Part shown: positions 50,113 through 60,133 of the stretch, piece by piece
How positions within the stretch are numbered: position 1 is the first letter of the stretch
How the letters are laid out: each line of letters begins with the position of its first letter
Assembly (NCBI GenBank): GCA_040217195.1
Contig: JAVJNR010000008.1
Span: 288,001-352,000 of the forward strand
Length of the DNA stretch: 64,000 bases
Direction of reading: 5' to 3'
Source of the DNA: Leptospiraceae bacterium
GTDB taxonomy: Bacteria; Spirochaetota; Leptospiria; Leptospirales; Leptonemataceae
Program-made: the position numbers and the translations under genes
The notes under the pieces: model-generated
What the model was told of the DNA's origin: nothing
The model's input: only the letters and a program-made list of their open reading frames with translations
Database searches by the model: none

Positions 50113-50931
50113 ATGCAGCCTACAACCGCTCTTCAACTGGATCAGTGGATTCAACTTCAGGAATGTGAATCCACCAATGAATTGCTTATGTCCGGAGACT
50201 ATGCACCGGGAACTATTGTAACCGCACAGAACCAGACCTCTGGCAGGGGCCGTTCCGGTCGTCGCTGGCGACAATCTCCGCAGAAGGCTCTGTATTTTTC
50301 AGGGATTTATGCATGGCAGGAACCTCCTGGTCCTTTGTTCTCCCTGGCTGTTGGACTGGCGGTGCTTGAAGCCCTGGAGAAATGGCCTGCTCTGAAGCCA
50401 CATACTCCGGGATTGGGCCTCAAATGGCCCAACGATTTGATTCGAATTGCCCGGGATAATTCTCTTCAAAAGATTGGAGGAATTCTCATCGAAGGGAAGC
50501 TACAGAATTCAATGTGGCATTCTGTAGTGGGCATAGGTCTCAACTGGCAGGGAGCGCCGGAAGCTTCGCAAGAGGATCCCATTTCCCCGGGAGCCCTTAT
50601 TTCGCAAGGTTCGCAGAAAGCGAATCCAGACAATGCCAGGGAAGGACAAGATCCCGAGAGTACTTCAATGCAACAATTTTTGCCCTTTCTGGTGGAACGA
50701 TTAAATGCTGGTGCTGCCGGCTATCAGCGTCCTGATTTCCTGAGAGACTATCTTGCACGGGACGTCTTGCAGCAAAGGAAGGTGCGTTTGCAGGAAGGGA
50801 AGGTGCGTTTGCAGGAAGGGAATGAAACGGTAGAAAGCCGGGTAAGCGGAATCAATTCCGAAGGCTCACTGGTTCTTGAGAATGGAACTATCATTTCCGA
50901 CAGTGCTCGCCATCTGGAGATCATCCAATAG
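50113..50931 (+). CDS. birA: biotin--[acetyl-CoA-carboxylase] ligase (no HTH)
   Basis: STN, QTSGRGRSGRRW, LKWPND, KIGGILIE, VGIGLN. Confidence 0.93.
   Translation: MQPTTALQLDQWIQLQECESTNELLMSGDYAPGTIVTAQNQTSGRGRSGRRWRQSPQKALYFSGIYAWQEPPGPLFSLAVGLAVLEALEKWPALKPHTPGLGLKWPNDLIRIARDNSLQKIGGILIEGKLQNSMWHSVVGIGLNWQGAPEASQEDPISPGALISQGSQKANPDNAREGQDPESTSMQQFLPFLVERLNAGAAGYQRPDFLRDYLARDVLQQRKVRLQEGKVRLQEGNETVESRVSGINSEGSLVLENGTIISDSARHLEIIQ
50777..50822 (+). repeat. exact 21-bp tandem duplication inside birA
   Basis: GGAAGGTGCGTTTGCAGGAAG x2 plus GGAA, encoding KVRLQEG twice. Confidence 0.9.
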
Positions 50932-51020
50932 AAAGCTAGCTTCCATCCGCGGGGCACCGCATGAATCTTGAATGCCTTCTGGCACCGAATCCATGAAAGA
51001 TAAAGAAGAGAACGGAAACT

Positions 51021-51809
51021 ATGAAATATGGCCTGGCAGTAGATATTGGAAACACAAATACAGTTTTTGGACTTTGCCTGGAAAGTAGCGGGGAAATTCT
51101 TAAATCCTGGAGAACTGTAACCCATCGAGACCGGACTTCGGATGAACTGGGGATCTTCCTGAAGGGGTTCCTGCAATCCGCAGGCATTGAAGCGATGGAT
51201 GTTGGATATTTCATCTACAGCTCCGTTGTTCCCAGCTTTAATCCAATTGTAGAGAAAATGGTTCGGGACTATTATCATACGGAGCCTTTGAAAGTTCACT
51301 ATGAGCTACCGCTGCCCATAGAGTTCGTTTATCCAAGGCCTTACGAAATAGGTCCGGACCGAATCGTAAATGCTATTGCAGCCAGTAAGATGTACGGAGG
51401 TGATTTGATTGTAATCGACCTGGGCACCGCAACTACCTTTTGTTTGATGCATGGTTCGCAATACATGGGCGGTAGTATTGCTCCTGGACTCAAGCTGTCC
51501 ATGGAGGCCCTGTCCAGACGGGCGGCCATGCTTCCACCCATTGAATTTGCCTGTCCCCCGGGTGGTGTGCTGGGGGATTCCACCATGCATTCCATCCAGT
51601 CCGGCTTTTTCTTTGGATGGATAGGTTTGCTTCGCGAAATCATCGAGCAATTTCGCGCAAGGGAACCGGACCGAAGCTACAGAGTTATTGCCACTGGCGG
51701 TCTGGCCTCCTTGATTCATGCAGAAAGACCGGATCTATTCGATGAAGTGGATGGACTGCTTACTTTGCGCGGTCTGCAAATGATCCATGAACATCTCAAT
51801 AAGAAGTAA
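51021..51809 (+). CDS. coaX: type III pantothenate kinase
   Basis: AVDIGNTN, SSVVP, IGPDR, IDLGTATT, GGSIAPG, ATGG. Confidence 0.95.
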   Translation: MKYGLAVDIGNTNTVFGLCLESSGEILKSWRTVTHRDRTSDELGIFLKGFLQSAGIEAMDVGYFIYSSVVPSFNPIVEKMVRDYYHTEPLKVHYELPLPIEFVYPRPYEIGPDRIVNAIAASKMYGGDLIVIDLGTATTFCLMHGSQYMGGSIAPGLKLSMEALSRRAAMLPPIEFACPPGGVLGDSTMHSIQSGFFFGWIGLLREIIEQFRAREPDRSYRVIATGGLASLIHAERPDLFDEVDGLLTLRGLQMIHEHLNKK

Positions 51810-51998
51810 GGGAAAATCCCGCATTTTTGAGCCGGCCTGGATTAAAGTACTGGCTTTGCCTGGCAAGACCCGTTATTCATTAGATGCATGCAGTAATGCC
51901 AACCAGGATATGAGGTTCAAAACTGTATGACGAATTTCCTGCTGAGAATGAAGAGAATTGCCAGAGATCTCTGGCTAAGTTGACTGTGTCCGAAAACT

Positions 51999-52955
51999 AT
52001 GAGCCTTGAAGTAACGAACCTGATAAAAACCTACAAGAAGCAATTCACAACCAAGCCACCACTTACTGCTGTGGATGATATTAGCTTCCGGATCAATCCC
52101 GGCGAAATCTATTCCTTGCTCGGCCCCAATGGAGCAGGAAAGTCCACTACCATAAAGATGATTGCCGGGCTGGTCCTAGCCACCTCCGGAGAGATCAAAA
52201 TTGCCGGAAAAACTGGACGGGGCCCCAGTTATCAGAAGCTGAGCGCCATACTTGAGGGTACCAGAAATGTTTACTGGCGATTAACGCCTCTGGAAAATCT
52301 GCATTACTTTGCCAACCTGCGGGGAGTGCCTTCCAGCCTTGTGAAGGAAAAAGCTCCCCGATTACTGGAAGAGCTGAATATCGACGCCAAAAAGAAAAAT
52401 CAGTCCCAGCATCTTTCCCGTGGTATGCTACAGAAATTGGCACTTGCAGCAGCGCTAATCACTGATCCAGAAGTTCTATTACTGGATGAACCCACCCTGG
52501 GCCTGGACGTTGAAAGCGGCCGAAAGATTAAGGATATGATCCTTCGGATGGCCCGCGAAGAAGGAAGGACCATCTTACTTACAACTCATCAAATGGACCT
52601 GGTAGAAGAAATCGCAGACAGGGTGGGCATTATCAACCATGGAAAACTAATCCAGGAAGGTACTCTGCCAGAGCTTCGCGCTGTGTTCAAGAGCCACATC
52701 TACAGACTGAGAATTAAGGGTGAGATAGACTGGGATGTAAAATGGAAGGACCGCGGTCTTCAGCTAATGCAGAAGCAAAATGATGTAAACCTCTATGAAC
52801 TGGATCTGAAGGATAGCCATGGAGTCTCCGAGCTATTGTCCTATTTATCCCAGAAGCAAACTCAGGATTCCTCCCTGGAAATTCTTTCCTGCCATCGAGT
52901 AACGGATGAGCTGGAAGAGATTTTCCTTCGAGTGCTCAGACCGGAGCAGAATTAA
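51999..52955 (+). CDS. ABC transporter ATP-binding protein (exporter type)
   Basis: GPNGAGKST, LSRGM, LLLDEPT, LTTH. Confidence 0.93.
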   Translation: MSLEVTNLIKTYKKQFTTKPPLTAVDDISFRINPGEIYSLLGPNGAGKSTTIKMIAGLVLATSGEIKIAGKTGRGPSYQKLSAILEGTRNVYWRLTPLENLHYFANLRGVPSSLVKEKAPRLLEELNIDAKKKNQSQHLSRGMLQKLALAAALITDPEVLLLDEPTLGLDVESGRKIKDMILRMAREEGRTILLTTHQMDLVEEIADRVGIINHGKLIQEGTLPELRAVFKSHIYRLRIKGEIDWDVKWKDRGLQLMQKQNDVNLYELDLKDSHGVSELLSYLSQKQTQDSSLEILSCHRVTDELEEIFLRVLRPEQN

Positions 52956-53033
52956 CATTCCCTTTGGCCAGACGTCAGGTCTGGCATTGGCAGTAAATTA
53001 TACCGAAATACCTACCATGGATACCAGCTTTAT

Positions 53034-53858
53034 ATGAAGATGATTAGAGAATTCGCATTGATAGTGAAAGCAGAGTTCAAGAGAGATCTGCTCTTTATGT
53101 ATAGATATCCTCTGGAGATTCTATCGTTTCTGTTTTTCATGTATTTGATTTTGATGGCCATTCTTCTGGGTCTTTCCGAGCTAATGCCCAAAGGGCATGG
53201 ATTATCCGGAGCGGATAGTCCCATAGATCGAGAAACTATGATTCTGGGGTATTGCCTGATGCAGTTTGTTCTGGCCACACAGATGGGATGGTCCGGCCAG
53301 ATACAGAATGAAAGTCAGACTGGAACACTGGAGCAGCTGAGTATTTCCGGTCATTCCCTGGCCGGAGTGCTGCTGGCCCGGGGCATATCGCAGCAGCCCA
53401 GACAAATTCTCAGCTTCTTTCTTCTTCTTGGTGCCTATTTCCTGAGCATACCCGACACAGGTATAGAGCCGGGAAGAGCTCCCCTGGTTATTCTTGTACT
53501 GAGCATTACTGCCTTTGGCGTCTATGGAGTGGCCTATCTATTTGCAGGACTGACTCTAATTTTCAAACGAGTGGGTTTCTTTTTCCAGATCATTAACTTT
53601 GCCTTTCTGGGTCTGTTCTGGCAAAATCGTAGCAGCATGGCCGATGGCTCCTGGTCTGCCTTCCTTTACGATGCCTTTCCTCTTACCAGGGGAATGACCA
53701 TGTTGCGAGAGGCTGTGGTCCCTGGTGGCAATGAACTGGGACTGGAATCGTTTTTACAATTCGCTGCTATTTGTCTAATGTTTGCATTCGTAGGCTACTG
53801 GCTTTTTCGCTGGATGGAAAATAAGGCCAGGATGCAGGCTCTACTATCTCAGTATTAG
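53034..53858 (+). CDS. ABC-2 type transporter permease
   Basis: 6 TMs, ESQTGTLEQL motif, FPLTRG. Confidence 0.88.
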   Translation: MKMIREFALIVKAEFKRDLLFMYRYPLEILSFLFFMYLILMAILLGLSELMPKGHGLSGADSPIDRETMILGYCLMQFVLATQMGWSGQIQNESQTGTLEQLSISGHSLAGVLLARGISQQPRQILSFFLLLGAYFLSIPDTGIEPGRAPLVILVLSITAFGVYGVAYLFAGLTLIFKRVGFFFQIINFAFLGLFWQNRSSMADGSWSAFLYDAFPLTRGMTMLREAVVPGGNELGLESFLQFAAICLMFAFVGYWLFRWMENKARMQALLSQY

Positions 53859-54120
53859 AATGGTTCCCCTTCCGTATTAGAGGGATTCGCAAAGGAAGCC
53901 GGGAAATGGAAAACTCCTGTCACCGGCATACTCCAGAGTACCGAGCCTATTCAGTCTTCCGGCGCAACAGAACCATTCTGTGGCCAATTTCGAGCAGACC
54001 AGAAAGGTGTCCAGGAATGCGAAATCCCGTGACACCTTTTTCGGAGTCTGGCAAATCCAGAAATAATTTTTTCCTTGTTCAACTCATTCCTGACGTCTAT
54101 TTCATATACCGGTAGACCCC

Positions 54121-55464
54121 ATGTCAGACGTCAGCAAAAGAAGAACAGGTAAGTATCCTCAAAGAATTCTCATCGTCGAGGATGATCCGATTACCGGACG
54201 AGTTCTGGAATCCATCCTGGAGAGATCACACTATGAATTTCGAATAGTGCCCACGGCCGAAGAAGCTATGGTTGCCATCGACAATTCTTTCTTTCCTGTA
54301 ATTGTAGTAGATCTCCATCTTCCGGACAGCAGTGGCCAGGATTTGATTCAGCAGCTCAATGAGCAGCCCGTGCCTCCTATTATTCTGGTTCATACCGTAG
54401 AGCAGGACCGGGAAAGAATCATTGAAACCATGAAATTGGGTATCTACGATTATTTGATCAAACCGGTGAGCGAAGGAGATCTATTCAATCGCCTGGAAAA
54501 ATCCCTGGAAGTCTTTGAGCTACGGCAGATGCAAAGAGATCTGGAAAAGGAAAGGGAAATCCGAGTAAGAAAGCAGCTCAGCTGGAATCTCTGGAAAGAA
54601 ACATTGATCTTTCGCAATGGAGATCGCTTTGATCAGTCTTTGTTTGGTAACCTTCATACAATCGTTTCCCAGGGCCGCGGATTTGGCATGCTTGTGAGCA
54701 TGGTTCGAGATATGCAAATGATGGGTCAACAAACCGACGATGGACTACTGATTCCTGATGCCCTGGTCAATATGCTGATAGAGAATTCGCACAGCGCTGA
54801 ACAGGCAATCCGGCGATTTCAATCCATCAACACTATCCTGCGAACTCCACCAGAACTTCAGCCCTTAACCGTTGCGGAATTCTATGATGAAGTAGAATTC
54901 ATTCTGGATGATATGAAGGAAATGGCAGCTCTCAAGAATCAAAGTTTTGCACTGAGCTCGGGTGGTAAGGATGAGAAGGATCGCTATGTTCTGATTGAGA
55001 GAGACACCCTTAGAGAAGCCATCCAGGAAATAATGATCAATGCTATGAAGTTTTCCAGAGAGGGCAGTTCCATTCTGATATTATTCAAGCCTCTGGTGGA
55101 AACCCTGGAATTCTCAATTGTATCGGAGCCAACGGAAAACCATGGAGTGGTGGGGATTCCCGAGCAGTATGAAACAGCCATTTTTGAACCATTTTACAGA
55201 GTGGGCCGAACAGTGGATGAGCGTTTCGCAACCCTGGATTACGGACTGGGACTTACCTTCGCAGATAAAATCGTTCGAAAGCATGGCGGTAGAATTCGAG
55301 CATTCAACGTAAAGGATCATTTAAATCTGGAGAGAGGTGGTCAGGTTCGAGTGAATGTACAGACTGAAATACCTCTAATCAGCGAAAAGGATCTGGCCCA
55401 GGTTAATCTGCAGGACCCGGCCAGGACAATCATCCAGCCCAGGGTGCCGGCCGGACCTGTATAA
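54121..55464 (+). CDS. REC-HATPase hybrid signalling protein without canonical H-box
   Basis: IVEDD, VDLHLP, YLIKP; EIMINAMKFS, IFEPFYR, GLGLT; no H-E/D-x-R/K-x-P motif seen. Confidence 0.85.
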   Translation: MSDVSKRRTGKYPQRILIVEDDPITGRVLESILERSHYEFRIVPTAEEAMVAIDNSFFPVIVVDLHLPDSSGQDLIQQLNEQPVPPIILVHTVEQDRERIIETMKLGIYDYLIKPVSEGDLFNRLEKSLEVFELRQMQRDLEKEREIRVRKQLSWNLWKETLIFRNGDRFDQSLFGNLHTIVSQGRGFGMLVSMVRDMQMMGQQTDDGLLIPDALVNMLIENSHSAEQAIRRFQSINTILRTPPELQPLTVAEFYDEVEFILDDMKEMAALKNQSFALSSGGKDEKDRYVLIERDTLREAIQEIMINAMKFSREGSSILILFKPLVETLEFSIVSEPTENHGVVGIPEQYETAIFEPFYRVGRTVDERFATLDYGLGLTFADKIVRKHGGRIRAFNVKDHLNLERGGQVRVNVQTEIPLISEKDLAQVNLQDPARTIIQPRVPAGPV

Positions 55465-55497
55465 ATTGAAGTAGATCTCAGTAGCTGCTCCGGAACA

Positions 55498-55872
55498 CTA
55501 ACCCGGGAGACCTTGTTCAATCTCCTGGTTTAGAGCTTCGCTCAGGCGATCGTAGGCCGGTCTGAGCTTTTGTATTTCTGCCGCAAGGCCTTCGGAATCT
55601 TCAGCCCTTGCGGCTGCCATAATTCTCTGGCACCGATCTCCTAACTCCGTGCCTCCTATGTAGAGAGCACTTCCTTTCAACCTGTGTACCGCTTTGTAAA
55701 GTCCCTCAAAGTCCTTGCTTGCCAGCGCCTCCGAGGCGGTGTCCAGCAGCGCCGGGGAGTCCTGAAAAAATAGTTCTCCCAGTTCTGCCACCAGGTCCTT
55801 CTTGCCCGGTCGATTGAGGGATCGGAGCTTTTCGATTGTTTCTGGATCCAGGACCGGTTTGTTCTCTGACAT
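55498..55872 (-). CDS. Hpt (histidine phosphotransfer) protein
   Basis: VHRLKGSALYIG motif in a helical bundle. Confidence 0.9.
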   Translation of the reverse strand: MSENKPVLDPETIEKLRSLNRPGKKDLVAELGELFFQDSPALLDTASEALASKDFEGLYKAVHRLKGSALYIGGTELGDRCQRIMAAARAEDSEGLAAEIQKLRPAYDRLSEALNQEIEQGLPG

Positions 55873-56056
55873 GTTACAAAGGTGCAACTGGTTTCCGGTG
55901 ATGCAATAATGTTTTCACCTGCGCCAGTTGCGCCCACCATACAGGGATGGAATGAGCGATTGCTTTTTTTGGATCCGCCAGAAGCATTTCCGGGGAAGCC
56001 TTTTTTTGACTGAATTATCGGTTGTCTGAGAAATGGTCGCATTCGAGCCTGGATGT

Positions 56057-56455
56057 ATGTCCACAATCTTTTCCAGGATTATAGCAGGCGAAATTCCCTG
56101 CCACAAGGTTGCGGAGGATGAGAACCATCTGGCCTTTCTGGACGTAAACCCTGTGAAGAAGGGCCATGTCCTGGCAATTCCCAAAAAGCCCATAGACTAC
56201 CTGTTTGATATGCCTGAAAGCGAATACACCGCATTGAATAATTTTGCGCGAAAGGTGGGTATTGGACTTAAACGAGCCATCCCATGCAAACGCATCGGCA
56301 CGGCGGTAGTGGGACTGGAAGTACCCCATGTACATATTCATTTGATTCCGCTGGATAGTATACAGGATATTTCCTTCACTTCGCCTAGATTGAAGTTCAG
56401 CACAGAAGAATATGAACAAATCGCCCGGGACATTAGCAAGGAAGTGCAACTTTGA
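56057..56455 (+). CDS. HIT family hydrolase
   Basis: IFSRIIAGEIP, AFLDVNP, GHVL, VPHVHIHLIP. Confidence 0.93.
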   Translation: MSTIFSRIIAGEIPCHKVAEDENHLAFLDVNPVKKGHVLAIPKKPIDYLFDMPESEYTALNNFARKVGIGLKRAIPCKRIGTAVVGLEVPHVHIHLIPLDSIQDISFTSPRLKFSTEEYEQIARDISKEVQL

Positions 56456-57339
56456 AACTGCAAAAATACATAGAAGAACGAATTCAGAGTCAGAAACGAC
56501 CTCTGTACATGCCATACATCACCTGCGGGGATCCGGACTTTCAGCATACAGTGGATTACGCCGTTGCACTCATTGATGGAGGTGCCGATATCCTGGAACT
56601 TGGAATTCCATTTTCCGATCCCACCGCCGATGGGCCGGTAATCCAGCAGGCCATGGTGCGAGCCATGGCCAGACCGGACTTTAGCATCGATAATGTACTG
56701 CAGGCAGCTTTCGACATTCATCAGAAACGACCGAATGTACCCATCGTTTTACTGGGTTATCTGAATCCAATATTGAGCCATTTCTTTGCCGAGCTGGATC
56801 CAGAAAATGAGAGAAAGGCGGATCCAGTACTGGACCCAGGCAGTGGCTGCCATCGAAGCATTGAGCGATTTCTGAACCGAGCCCAGGAGTGCGGAGTGCA
56901 GGGGCTGGTTATTCCGGATCTTCCCTTTGACAGTCCGGAAGCGGAGCTTTTCAGAAACCATCCCGGAGATGTTGCACTTATTAACATGATCGCCCCTAAC
57001 ACCGCTTCCAGGCGGGAAAAGGCAATCTGTAGCCAGGCCCGGGGATTTATCTACTATGTAAGTAGCCTGGGTACCACCGGAGAGAGAAAAGATCTTCCAT
57101 CTGAAACAGCAGAAAAGGTCCGCCAATTAAAGAATGATTCCGGAATTCCACTGTTCGTCGGATTTGGCATTAGCCAGCCAGACCAGGCCCGGGAACTGGC
57201 CTCCCATGTAGATGGAATCATTGTCGGAAGCTTGAATCAGAGAATTATCGATGAAAATCCCGAACACGCTGCGGACAGGTTAAGGGAAACTACAGCAGGA
57301 TTCATCTCTGCCATAGAGCCATCTCAGACCCTGGCCTGA
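56452..57339 (+). CDS. trpA: tryptophan synthase alpha chain
   Basis: YITCGDP, LELGIPFSDPTADGPVIQ, IPDLP, GFIYYVS..GTTG, VGFGIS, DGIIVGS. Confidence 0.95.
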   Translation: MKLQKYIEERIQSQKRPLYMPYITCGDPDFQHTVDYAVALIDGGADILELGIPFSDPTADGPVIQQAMVRAMARPDFSIDNVLQAAFDIHQKRPNVPIVLLGYLNPILSHFFAELDPENERKADPVLDPGSGCHRSIERFLNRAQECGVQGLVIPDLPFDSPEAELFRNHPGDVALINMIAPNTASRREKAICSQARGFIYYVSSLGTTGERKDLPSETAEKVRQLKNDSGIPLFVGFGISQPDQARELASHVDGIIVGSLNQRIIDENPEHAADRLRETTAGFISAIEPSQTLA

Positions 57340-57418
57340 TTGCGCAATACAGCCTCGAAACCGGGGCCGCCCTCGAAAAACACTTGTAAGTCCCGGGCAG
57401 TCCATCATTCACTTTCTC

Positions 57419-60133
57419 ATGCGCAAATTCGGTCTCATTCTGTTGCTCGCGGCGGCCGCACTTTTTATATTTCTGCCCATCGCCCTGGGCTCCGCTCTAT
57501 TATTTGAGTGGGATTCCATGGTAATCTTTCTTCGGCTCTTCCGGGAGCTATTTTTTACCCTGGTTCCTGGCCTGATTGTAGCCGGCCTATTTCTGCTCTT
57601 TTTTGACCGGATTATGGACTACACGGAGTCCCACTCCTGGGCTGTGTATATCTGGCTGGGATTGCTCTTTCTGGGATCCTTCTGGTATTTCATGGCCTAT
57701 ACGGCTGCTCCGGACTCTGTATTTATTCAGGTAGAAAATATAGTTCCTGGAGATGATCTATTTTCGCCTGACCTTCAGGTATTCTCTCTCTATGGCGCAC
57801 TTACGATAATAGTCGTAGCCGGTATTTTTCTTCTCCGTTCCGTGAAGGACCTGAGATGGGACACGCTCAAATCCGGCGCACTGCTTCTGGGCTTCTTAAT
57901 TTCTCTTGGTTTTAGTTTCTTACTACATCGGGTACCTTTGATCGGCCAGATGGAAGATCAGGCCATTGGAATGCGCTATTCCTGGATGCGAGATCCCCAT
58001 TCCCAGTTCTATGGAGATACAGGAGAGAGATACTGCCAGCCACCTCTCACTGCAGAAGAGCAGGCCCAGGAGGATCGGGAACGATCCAATGAGCAGGGCA
58101 CCCGATCGCTTACACCTCCTCCGGATGGAATTCGAAGTGATATAGTAATCCTTGGCCTGGACAATACTACAATTGAGCGCTTGAAAGGAAAATGGCCCCT
58201 TAACTGGGAAGTTTACGGAAATCTAATTAGCCTTTCGGATAATGCGGAAGAAGCAATCCTGCTATTTGACATTAGCTTTATTGATGAGAAGGGAGTGTTC
58301 GGAGGCGAAGACTGTGGAACCAAACTTCGGTGCGAACCGCTGGGTGGCAATCGCATGGTACCTCAATCGGAAGCACTGGCCCAGGCCGCGGAGAATTCCA
58401 GGATAGATGTACTTTCTGACTTTCCGTTCGAAGTTGCGGCCAAGACGATGGATGACATTCCAGACATCCAGGAGCGTACAGATATAATTAGCAGCAAGTT
58501 CAGAATCGAACGAGTTGAAAACGTAGAATACGGCAAGCCCTGGGGAAAATTGATGCATCCTCCGTATCCCGATCTACTTCGACATCTGGATGGAGCCGGG
58601 TATGCGAATATTCTAAAGCACTCCTCCGGTATGAACTTCCAGATGCCCGTTGTGGCCATCTACGATAATCCGTTCAACAAGCGAAAAGAGGTTTATCCTG
58701 GTATTGACCTGGTTGCAGCAGCAGAGTACTACGGAGTAGATATTCGAAAGGATGTTTCTGTAGATTTTTTGAAGGGTGAAGTTCGCATTGAGAATATTCC
58801 GGAAGGCGATTCGGCCATGGTCAACATGGAGACGTTTGAGGCGGTACCCAAAATGGCCCGACCTAACCCGGAGCGAACTGTAGTTATTCCCATCGATAGT
58901 ACAGGCCAGATGCTCATCAACTTCAGAGGCGGTCGCTATTGCTTCAAGAGCTATAGTCTTCTGGATTTCATGGACCGGTCAGAAACCAACGAAAACTTTA
59001 TCCAGAATTTTGATAAGAACATAATGCTTGTGGCCATGTATTATGCAACCGGTGTGGGAACAGCGAAGGACATACACCTTTCTCCCTATGGCGATATGGC
59101 CGGTATTGAACACCATGCCCATGCTCTAAATACGATTCTCAACCAGGACTTTGCTCGTAGAGTCTCTCCTGGAACCGATCTTCTCATTCTAGTTGCCATT
59201 GGATTGCTGATGGGTCTCTATCAGCCCCGGGTTCCTACCTGGGCAAGCTTTGCAGCCGCACTCTTGCTTACCGCACTGTTCGCAATGGCAACTCTTATCT
59301 ATACATTTGGAGAGTTGTCGCTCATCCATGTCTTTCCCACGGCAATCATTCAGATCTTTGCCGTGCTGGTTGGATTCATTGGATTCCGGGCGCTGTCAGA
59401 AGAGGAAAACGTTAAGTTTATTCGAAGCACATTCTCCAAATTCGTTTCCCAGGATGTTGTGGAGGAGCTACTGGCCAATCCAGATACAATTACTCTGGGT
59501 GGATCCAAGAAGGAGCTGACTGTTTTCTTCTCCGATGTTCGAGGCTTTACTACCATCTCAGAAAAACTGGGACCGGAAGAGTTAGTTCAGCTACTGAACG
59601 AGTATTTATCCGAAATGACGGAATTGATCATCGATTACAGAGGTACCATCGATAAATACATGGGTGATGCCATTATGGCCTTCTGGGGAGCACCGGCCAG
59701 AAACGATGATCATGCCTACTATGCCTGTGTGGCTGCCCTTGCTCAGGTCCAGGCTCTTCGACTTCTGCAGGACATGTGGTCGGACAGAAATATTCCTGTG
59801 CTGGACATTGGAATTGGTATTAATACCGGGGCTGCTGTTGTAGGAAATATGGGCTCTAGCCGCCGAATGGATTATACTCTCATGGGGGACACAGTAAACC
59901 TGGGCTCTCGGTTGGAAGGTATTACCAAAACCTACGGCGTCAGAACCTGTATCTCGGAATTCACCTATGAGCGAGTGAAGGATCGAGTCTACGCAAGGGA
60001 GCTTGACCTGGTAAGAGTGAAGGGAAAACTGGAACCTGTAAGGATTTACGAGCTTATGGGGCTGGTAAATCCTGAAGATATAGACAACCTGAAAGTATCT
60101 CGTCAGGCCCAGGCGAAGTCAAAAAATGAGTAA
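57419..60133 (+). CDS. membrane-bound CHASE2-domain class III adenylate/guanylate cyclase
   Basis: DIVILGLD, FDISF, INFRG, AGIEHHA (CHASE2); FSDVRGFT, DKYMGDAIMAFWG, DYTLMGDTVNLGSRLEG. Confidence 0.93.
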   Translation: MRKFGLILLLAAAALFIFLPIALGSALLFEWDSMVIFLRLFRELFFTLVPGLIVAGLFLLFFDRIMDYTESHSWAVYIWLGLLFLGSFWYFMAYTAAPDSVFIQVENIVPGDDLFSPDLQVFSLYGALTIIVVAGIFLLRSVKDLRWDTLKSGALLLGFLISLGFSFLLHRVPLIGQMEDQAIGMRYSWMRDPHSQFYGDTGERYCQPPLTAEEQAQEDRERSNEQGTRSLTPPPDGIRSDIVILGLDNTTIERLKGKWPLNWEVYGNLISLSDNAEEAILLFDISFIDEKGVFGGEDCGTKLRCEPLGGNRMVPQSEALAQAAENSRIDVLSDFPFEVAAKTMDDIPDIQERTDIISSKFRIERVENVEYGKPWGKLMHPPYPDLLRHLDGAGYANILKHSSGMNFQMPVVAIYDNPFNKRKEVYPGIDLVAAAEYYGVDIRKDVSVDFLKGEVRIENIPEGDSAMVNMETFEAVPKMARPNPERTVVIPIDSTGQMLINFRGGRYCFKSYSLLDFMDRSETNENFIQNFDKNIMLVAMYYATGVGTAKDIHLSPYGDMAGIEHHAHALNTILNQDFARRVSPGTDLLILVAIGLLMGLYQPRVPTWASFAAALLLTALFAMATLIYTFGELSLIHVFPTAIIQIFAVLVGFIGFRALSEEENVKFIRSTFSKFVSQDVVEELLANPDTITLGGSKKELTVFFSDVRGFTTISEKLGPEELVQLLNEYLSEMTELIIDYRGTIDKYMGDAIMAFWGAPARNDDHAYYACVAALAQVQALRLLQDMWSDRNIPVLDIGIGINTGAAVVGNMGSSRRMDYTLMGDTVNLGSRLEGITKTYGVRTCISEFTYERVKDRVYARELDLVRVKGKLEPVRIYELMGLVNPEDIDNLKVSRQAQAKSKNE

